Made by a program: the position numbers and the translations under genes
Notes under the pieces: model-generated
Database searches by the model: none
The model's input: the letters and a program-made list of their open reading frames with translations, nothing else
Told to the model about the DNA's origin: nothing
IMG/VR virus record: IMGVR_UViG_3300035536_000005
Reading direction: 5' to 3' (one strand)
Length of the DNA: 38,403 nt
From: a virus
In this document: piece after piece, positions 32,662 to 38,403 of the stretch
Position numbering within the stretch: the stretch's first letter is position 1
Layout: the number at the start of each line of letters is the position of its first letter

Positions 32662-34002
32662 TTAAGAGGCTTTTTTAAGAAGACGAGCGCCGATGTACAA
32701 GGCAGCACTAGCAGACGAATCGGCCAGGTACCAGCAAGAAGGACCACCATACGAGCCATAGAACCAGCCCCCACCAACGTGGGCAATTCTTTGACCGCTA
32801 TTTTGATAATAATAATCTCTATAATAAGACGACGAGCCTGTTGAAATTGCAAAAGACGCAAATGGCTTACCTTCATCAAATCCCATTTCTTCAACGTATC
32901 CATTTCCATTATGATTAACATAATTTAATTGTTCATATGGCGCGGAAAATACATTGCTGGCATAATCCTTTGCGTCTGAAGTAACCCATGCTTGCCAATC
33001 ATTAATATTAACGCCATCTACAAACTGCCATATATCTCCGTAAGGGCTTTCAATACCTCGATACATACAAGGGAACTTGCCATTTGTGTTGCTCACAGGG
33101 CTGCCTGAACTTGCTGCTATATCAGCTGAAAAACCGTTTTTCCACCCTGTATTATATATAACATCATCTATAGCTATATCAACAGGGTCGCCATCGAACA
33201 CTATTGAAGATTGACCAGCACTGGGAGTGTCTGCCTGTATGTTAGTTATTGTCCTTCCATAAAAAACACTGTTGTTGCCACGAGAAGAACCAACCGATAT
33301 TGTTTGTTTTACTCTATATTTATCAGCAACAGCGTTATCAACAACAATTCTATTAACTGATGTTTCTGATATTAATGCAGTATCTGATGTGCTATAATTA
33401 CCATCAAGAAATCCTCTCATTACTGACTGCATATCAAGTGTCGCAAATTCTATATACATTAGCGTCTTAATAACATCATAACCGTGTATATCTAATTGCT
33501 GATACCCACTGACACCATTTGCATTATTATTTTCTGTATAGTTTCTCATTTCTACAATATTTTCACTTACAAGAGGATATTTACCCGACTTGCTTTCCAT
33601 TCTATCTATTTCATCTTTTGTTGCCTTGTGCTTCCCGAAATCAAAATAAGGTAATTCTCTATCATTCTCAAAATCCCAAAAAACTTTTGGTAAATAAAAA
33701 CCTTCATGTTGAGTTTTTGAAACTTTCCAAGTTCTTTCATCAGCTGATTTTGTTTTTTTGATGTAGAATTTTGGTATCCTAACAAATTCATTGCCATAAC
33801 CATCAGTAACATCATGCATTTCTCCAAAAATAGGCATGTTATCAAAATCGTTTCTAACAATTTGGTCATCTACACCAACGCCAGCAATTCTACCTTTTGC
33901 TTGGTTTGTTCTTTCTAATGTAGAGGTAGCAGTTCTATCCCATTTGACACCCATTATAAGATGGTTTTCAAAACTATCTTTTTTTGCAAATCTTCTCCTC
34001 AT
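32662..34002 (-). CDS. C-type-lectin/FGE-sulfatase-fold protein with a DGR-style variable-region-like C terminus (head-module insertion)
   Basis: 446 aa. YRGIESPYGDIWQFVDG is followed by HVGGGWFYGSYGGPSCWYLADSSASAALYIGARLL. The last ~100 nt are ~60% GC, A-poor and dominated by NNY codons. Confidence 0.6.
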   Translation of the reverse strand: MRRRFAKKDSFENHLIMGVKWDRTATSTLERTNQAKGRIAGVGVDDQIVRNDFDNMPIFGEMHDVTDGYGNEFVRIPKFYIKKTKSADERTWKVSKTQHEGFYLPKVFWDFENDRELPYFDFGKHKATKDEIDRMESKSGKYPLVSENIVEMRNYTENNNANGVSGYQQLDIHGYDVIKTLMYIEFATLDMQSVMRGFLDGNYSTSDTALISETSVNRIVVDNAVADKYRVKQTISVGSSRGNNSVFYGRTITNIQADTPSAGQSSIVFDGDPVDIAIDDVIYNTGWKNGFSADIAASSGSPVSNTNGKFPCMYRGIESPYGDIWQFVDGVNINDWQAWVTSDAKDYASNVFSAPYEQLNYVNHNGNGYVEEMGFDEGKPFASFAISTGSSSYYRDYYYQNSGQRIAHVGGGWFYGSYGGPSCWYLADSSASAALYIGARLLKKAS

Positions 34003-34328
34003 TATCTATTCACCACCGTCAACGTAGTATCAGCTACAAAATATATACTCACACTATCTACAGTATAGCTTGCCATTAATCCTTCTCCTAGTGGTTCGCC
34101 AGTTGTAGCTGTAGCTGGGTTACCATCTGTTCTAACCCTTGCATAACCAGATTCAATATATACTTCAATTTCATTTGCACCAGCTTCTTTATTATAAGTT
34201 TTTTCAGTTTCAGCAAGGTTATCTTCTTGTACTGATGATATTTCCCCTTTACTCCCCTTTTGCGACACATCAAATGTATTATTACTGGAATTGAAAACTC
34301 TTTGTATTACTTCTCCTACACTTGCCAT
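34002..34328 (-). CDS. Hypothetical head-module protein (108 aa), translationally coupled to the lectin-fold gene
   Basis: ORF track. It has an ATGA overlap with 32662..34002. Confidence 0.55.
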   Translation of the reverse strand: MASVGEVIQRVFNSSNNTFDVSQKGSKGEISSVQEDNLAETEKTYNKEAGANEIEVYIESGYARVRTDGNPATATTGEPLGEGLMASYTVDSVSIYFVADTTLTVVNR

Positions 34329-34556
34329 TTATACCACCTTCTCAATTTTAGCAATTAATTCATCTTTATTTAATTTGTAATAACCTGTTAATTCTTCTTC
34401 TTTAGCAATTTCTCTCAATTCATCAACAGTTTTATCTGCCAATTCTTCTTTCTCTTCAACTTCCTCTACAATTTCATATCCTTGCTGTTTGAATTTGGTG
34501 TCAAAGGCACGCTCTGACACGTGCCGAGTAACACCACCTCTTTTAATTCTCATCAA
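34329..34556 (-). CDS. Protein with a Rho-N/SAP-like domain (75 aa)
   Basis: KTVDELREIAKEEELTGYYKLNKDELIAKIE matches the Rho N-terminal/SAP-like helix-extension-helix motif. Confidence 0.55.
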   Translation of the reverse strand: MMRIKRGGVTRHVSERAFDTKFKQQGYEIVEEVEEKEELADKTVDELREIAKEEELTGYYKLNKDELIAKIEKVV

Positions 34557-34567
34557 TTATCAACCTC

Positions 34568-35461
34568 CTATGCTATAGCAGTAGCTTTTGTGTGCGCATA
34601 GATTCCAACAGTCTTGTTATCTGGAATAAAAATATCGTGATATACTCTAGACTGCATTAACCATCCATCTGTTTTTTGGTTAGTATCTGGGTCAAATACT
34701 TTAAGTTGTCTTTGCTTCACAATTGGAAGTACAGCTGCATCGTGCACTAACAGGAAGTTAAGTTCATAATCTGTTCCACCAGTAGTTGCAGAATAACCAA
34801 ATGTGCTAGAACCATCATTAAGAGTAATTCCAGTGTAAAATCTACCTTGAGGTACTTTGACTATTGGGATATTATCATAAGTATCAAATGTTCTGTCGCC
34901 AATATCCATTACATCTCTCTGGAATAAGTCAGAGTTGCGGACATCAGAATATATCTGTGGTGTCATGAATAGACGCATACCTTCTTTGTTGACTTCATTA
35001 TCCTCAAGTTCAACAATAGCAGCATCAATAGCTTCTACTGCATTAGTTTTATCTAAATCAGCATTAACAGTTGTCCCTGCATTAGAAGCAATTTGAGCAT
35101 ATCTGTAAGCGTCTAACTCTGGCACAACTTTTTGTTTAGAAAATTGACTAGCAGTAAATGTAAATACGCTATCTAATGCTTCTAAATTATCCTGTCTATC
35201 AATTGTGAACTGAACACCTCTGTCTTGTGTCAATGTGTGAGTTTCCCAATTAAAGTTAACAGAACCTGTAGGATAACCTGTTGCTCTATCATAGTCACCT
35301 AATCCGTCTAATGCAATTTTTGGAAGCAATACTTCACCTGCATTTTGCCCATCTCTAACTAATTCCTGTGGAATACTTAATACATCGGAAGTTAATCCTC
35401 TTTTGTAAACCTCGTCTAAATAAGTTGTATATTTTTTTGCTAGTGCAATACTATTAGCCAT
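34568..35461 (-). CDS. Major capsid protein
   Basis: 297 aa. It lies directly downstream of the scaffolding gene with a strong RBS. Assigned by size and position. Confidence 0.75.
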   Translation of the reverse strand: MANSIALAKKYTTYLDEVYKRGLTSDVLSIPQELVRDGQNAGEVLLPKIALDGLGDYDRATGYPTGSVNFNWETHTLTQDRGVQFTIDRQDNLEALDSVFTFTASQFSKQKVVPELDAYRYAQIASNAGTTVNADLDKTNAVEAIDAAIVELEDNEVNKEGMRLFMTPQIYSDVRNSDLFQRDVMDIGDRTFDTYDNIPIVKVPQGRFYTGITLNDGSSTFGYSATTGGTDYELNFLLVHDAAVLPIVKQRQLKVFDPDTNQKTDGWLMQSRVYHDIFIPDNKTVGIYAHTKATAIA

Positions 35462-35488
35462 TTAAAATCTCTCCTTTATAATTTTTAA

Positions 35489-36061
35489 TTAAAATGTAAA
35501 TTTATCAGCCATTCTCTTGGCCCAATCTTCGTTGCTATCATTACCTGTGTCATCATCGCCTGTGTTAAAATCTCCAGCTGTTTTACTGCTATTACTATTC
35601 CTTTTTTCAAAGAAATAGTCTTTTTCTTCCTTCATATTTGCAATTAAATCATCAACTCCAACTACATTGCCTTCATCGTCAATTTCCAAGCTATCGATGT
35701 CTGCGACTTGCACAAAATCATTCAACGCTTTCTTGTTAACATTTTCAGCTAATGCAGCTTCTTTAACTGCAAATTCTTTTTGTTTTCTAACTGACTTTTG
35801 ACTAATCTCATCAATTTTGCTCTCATATTCTTTTTTTAATTCTTCCGGGTCTTCCATTTCAGCCAGCTTATCTTTTAGCTTCTCTAATTCATGCTTATAT
35901 TCATTCTTCTCTTCAATAACCTGCTGAAATCTGTCATAAGGGATACTATTATCTACTTCTTTTTGTTGAGTTTTATCTTCCTTTTCTGTTTTATCGACTT
36001 CTTCAGCTGTCGCATTCTCAACATTTTCTTTTTGCTCTACTTTTTCTTTTTCATCAGTCAT
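35489..36061 (-). CDS. Scaffolding protein
   Basis: 190 aa, highly acidic and helical. It lies between the Mu-F-like gene and the capsid gene. Confidence 0.7.
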   Translation of the reverse strand: MTDEKEKVEQKENVENATAEEVDKTEKEDKTQQKEVDNSIPYDRFQQVIEEKNEYKHELEKLKDKLAEMEDPEELKKEYESKIDEISQKSVRKQKEFAVKEAALAENVNKKALNDFVQVADIDSLEIDDEGNVVGVDDLIANMKEEKDYFFEKRNSNSSKTAGDFNTGDDDTGNDSNEDWAKRMADKFTF

Positions 36062-36111
36062 TATAATTCCTCCTTATATTTTACATCTCTAACGCGGATG
36101 AAACGTAATTT

Positions 36112-37167
36112 TTATCTAGCAGTTTTAATCTGTTCTCGTTCATATTTTCTATACCTTCCAGTTTCTTCAATGAATTCTTTCTGTTTTTCCTGCCATTTTT
36201 TGCGATAATTTTTAGCCTTTCTAGCTTCATCTTCTGTCATAGCACCTGCTTCTCTGCGTTTCCATTTTCTGATTTGTCGCTCGTTATAACGCTGCTGTTG
36301 TCTTTCCTGATAATTATCAGCACTATCAACAGGCTCAGGTTTAGTTGTTAACCCTTCTACCCAAAGCGTTGCGTTGTGAGTACAATTTGCGTGCCAAAGC
36401 CCGTCTGCTTCCGCTTCAGCCACAGAAGGATATTCTTCACTTCTGCCACTTATACTTAAAATTTCACCTTCCCACGGGTCACATATTGGGCAACTTTCTG
36501 CATGTGCTGATACAACTACCAAATCTTCTCCATTTTGCTGAAATCTATTTAATGAGCCATCTATTCTTGCTCTAGCAGCTGTAGTTCTAGTTGCCATTTC
36601 AGCATAAGTTTTAAGACTCCAACTTCTACCTGATTTATCAACAAATCCAGTAACACCTTTATTAGCAAACTCATTTAACACTCTTTGTGAACCTTCAACC
36701 CGTGTTCCACTTCCAGTTAGAACAGTGTTAACTCCTCTACTAACCGCTTGCCTATACACATCATCAGCCTGCCTTACTATTCTAAGATGTGTGCCTTGTA
36801 GATTATCTTTGAGCGCTTTAGTATAATTAGCAACTGTGGCTTCATCAATCTTACCAAAATCAGTTGTTATTTCATTAATATTATATACTTTTCGCAAATC
36901 AGCAATAGCATCTTTTGAACCTTGATTATATAATTCCTGTATAATAGGCTGTAATTCTTTTTCTGTGTAATTGTCCAGTTTAGCTTTAATCTGCTTTTCA
37001 ATACCACTTCTCAAAGTTTGTAGTTCTCTTAACTTTCTTAATTCCCATTGTTCAATGGTAAGTGATTTGTCTTTTTTGAGCCTATTGGCTATCCTCTGGA
37101 TAATATCTCTTTCAGCTTGAGCATATACACGGCCTACTTCTAATGTCAAATCATCAATTTTAGCCAT
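36112..37167 (-). CDS. Head morphogenesis protein (SPP1 gp7 / Mu F-like minor capsid protein)
   Basis: 351 aa. ESCPICDPWEGEI and HANCTH motifs are present, with a basic C-terminal tail. It lies downstream of the portal gene. Confidence 0.8.
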   Translation of the reverse strand: MAKIDDLTLEVGRVYAQAERDIIQRIANRLKKDKSLTIEQWELRKLRELQTLRSGIEKQIKAKLDNYTEKELQPIIQELYNQGSKDAIADLRKVYNINEITTDFGKIDEATVANYTKALKDNLQGTHLRIVRQADDVYRQAVSRGVNTVLTGSGTRVEGSQRVLNEFANKGVTGFVDKSGRSWSLKTYAEMATRTTAARARIDGSLNRFQQNGEDLVVVSAHAESCPICDPWEGEILSISGRSEEYPSVAEAEADGLWHANCTHNATLWVEGLTTKPEPVDSADNYQERQQQRYNERQIRKWKRREAGAMTEDEARKAKNYRKKWQEKQKEFIEETGRYRKYEREQIKTAR

Positions 37168-37308
37168 TTAATCACCCACTACTATATCATCAATGTTAAA
37201 ACATCTTCCAAACCACATATTCCAAACTGTGAAATGTTTGTTGCCTTTTCCATCCCGATAAGTTGTTCTATAAGTTAAAGGAAGTAATTGTTTTAGCCAA
37301 TATAACAT
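37168..37308 (-). CDS. Hypothetical small protein (46 aa)
   Basis: Hand translation gives MLYWLKQLLPLTYRTTYRDGKGNKHFTVWNMWFGRCFNIDDIVVGD. It exactly fills the gap between neighbouring genes. Confidence 0.45.
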   Translation of the reverse strand: MLYWLKQLLPLTYRTTYRDGKGNKHFTVWNMWFGRCFNIDDIVVGD

Positions 37309-37491
37309 CTAATCGCCCCTTTCAATATCAATCACTTTAATATATCCACATTTTTCACAAGCAATATATAATCTCTCATTTAATTTATACCATATTCTTT
37401 TATTTATCGGATGCTCACATTTTTCCCTTAACTTTTCCAACTCTTTTTCATATTCACAATTCCTCTTGTATTCTTCTTTTGTAATTTTCAT
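37309..37491 (-). CDS. Small Cys-containing hypothetical protein (60 aa)
   Basis: The track ORF was trimmed to MKITKEEYKRNCEYEKEL...CEHP...CEKCG. Confidence 0.45.
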   Translation of the reverse strand: MKITKEEYKRNCEYEKELEKLREKCEHPINKRIWYKLNERLYIACEKCGYIKVIDIERGD

Positions 37492-37495
37492 ATTA

Positions 37496-38403
37496 TCACA
37501 CCAAATCGTCTGGTTCATTGACTATCATTCCATTTTCCTGCATAATTTTATTTACTTCATTTTCTACTTGCTTTTCATTCCATTGTGGATTTAACTTCCT
37601 AACAACCGTATCAATACTCATAGCTTTAGCCTGTGTTAATTTATTAATTGCATCAGCCTGCTGCATCGGGTCGGTCTGCACACTATCTTGAATATTAACC
37701 TGTACTTTGTAATCACCATTATTGCTACCAAACACATAATTGTCAACTTGTAGCATCCAATAGAACATATCCTCTAATGTCGAAGTCCAGTATTTAGCTT
37801 TTTTAGCAGATGTTTTAAATGATTTGCTTTGCTGCTGTTTAATTTCAGTAGCTGTCGCGTTACTTGTGCTATCGCCTAATCCAAAACTGGCAGGTGAATA
37901 TCCAGCTCCACTATACGCTTGCTTCATCAATTCCATTGCTGTATCATAATGCTGTTGTGCTCTAATATCAAATTGTACATTGTCAATAGAGTTATTATCA
38001 TCACCGGCTGGTCCTTGATTAAGTGCAACAAATACTTCTTTGTCAATATCATGATATAAATTGCCATCATTGTCAGTTTCCAGCATATATTCTGGCACAA
38101 TTATTCTTCCTCTTGCTATGCGTAAATCTCTCACCCAATTAGTGTAAGTTTCATCGATAGCATCCATTAATCCAATTATGCCTTGTAAATCACTCTCACC
38201 TAAAGGAGAACCACGCCACAGTCTATTAGGGCGTTTATTAGGAACATACCAGGCAAGTATGCTGTCTAAACCATGCTCAATAACTTCTTCCATTCCTGCT
38301 GTACTCTCGTGACTCTCAAGTGATACCTTTTTCCCTAGCTTATTAGTTGTACCTTTATATAACTCATTGAATATAATGCCTTTTCTGCGTGTTTCAACTA
38401 GAC
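37496..38403 (-). CDS. Portal protein, C-terminal part. The frame stays open to the window end and continues from bases 128-698.
   Basis: The track ORF 37496..38293 begins at an internal Met. The frame stays open through 38403, and the sequence is the in-frame continuation of the ORF starting at 698. Confidence 0.8.
   Translation of the reverse strand, partial: LVETRRKGIIFNELYKGTTNKLGKKVSLESHESTAGMEEVIEHGLDSILAWYVPNKRPNRLWRGSPLGESDLQGIIGLMDAIDETYTNWVRDLRIARGRIIVPEYMLETDNDGNLYHDIDKEVFVALNQGPAGDDNNSIDNVQFDIRAQQHYDTAMELMKQAYSGAGYSPASFGLGDSTSNATATEIKQQQSKSFKTSAKKAKYWTSTLEDMFYWMLQVDNYVFGSNNGDYKVQVNIQDSVQTDPMQQADAINKLTQAKAMSIDTVVRKLNPQWNEKQVENEVNKIMQENGMIVNEPDDLV
38277..38403. repeat. Terminal direct repeat, copy 2. 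Identical to 1-127.
   Basis: See the copy at 1-127. Confidence 0.95.

Noticed and set aside
24355-34273. Nested minus-strand ORFs in alternative frames (24355..24594, 30976..31173, 32631..32921, 33606..33869, 34088..34273) and 269..475.
   Set aside because: They lie entirely inside larger, better-supported genes on the same strand, with no RBS and no motifs. 32631..32921 owes its openness to the GC-rich VR-like patch.
142-36575. All plus-strand ORFs in the six-frame track (for example 142..372, 1111..1329, 11561..11872, 22068..22445, 23274..24506, 27703..28765, 35891..36208).
   Set aside because: Each lies antisense inside a longer minus-strand gene that has clear motifs. They lack RBSs and have low-complexity, Leu/Ser/Phe-rich translations, as expected from the complement of AT-rich coding sequence. 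No plus-strand promoter was seen.
1-38403. Searched by eye for CRISPR arrays, IS/transposase genes, integrase, CI/Cro switch, reverse transcriptase (YxDD), toxin-antitoxin pairs and rRNA.
   Set aside because: None found. The only long repeat is the 127-bp assembly overlap. DD-containing peptides (FIDDD, LIDDD, YLADD, QADDV) sit in non-RT contexts.

Overview
The window is a complete, circularly closed phage genome. Bases 1-127 are identical to 38277-38403, so the unique length is 38,276 bp. It is AT-rich (roughly one-third G+C by eye) and has siphovirus-type organisation. Every credible gene lies on the minus strand, and all plus-strand ORFs in the track look like antisense shadows.

Gene order, reading the minus strand:
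- Early promoter at 21008-21036, followed by small early genes.
- Recombination genes: PD-(D/E)XK nuclease and ERF.
- Replication genes: replisome organiser, DnaB, SSB, RuvC.
- An ArpU/sigma-like late regulator and a late promoter at 7922-7950.
- A non-structural cargo island: metallophosphoesterase, NDT-like protein, structured RNA, tRNA-Asn and tRNA-Thr.
- Packaging genes terS and terL, a DNA methyltransferase, then the portal gene, which is split by the linearisation point.
- Mu-F-like protein, scaffold and major capsid protein.
- A head-module insertion.
- Connector genes and major tail protein.
- Tail chaperone with a -1 frameshift, then the tape measure protein.
- Tail tip and fibre genes.
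- Holin and M15 endolysin, then a terminator at 21047-21088.

I see no integrase, repressor or CRISPR array. AGGAGG-type RBSs and six sigma-A-consensus promoters suggest a low-GC Firmicutes-like host.

The most interesting signal is in a 446-aa head-module protein (32662..34002). It ends in a segment with the compositional and peptide hallmarks of a diversity-generating-retroelement variable region. The closed genome nevertheless has no reverse transcriptase, template repeat or Avd. A second, compositionally foreign lectin-like gene sits in the tail-tip module.

All family assignments rest on motifs read by eye. No database search was possible.
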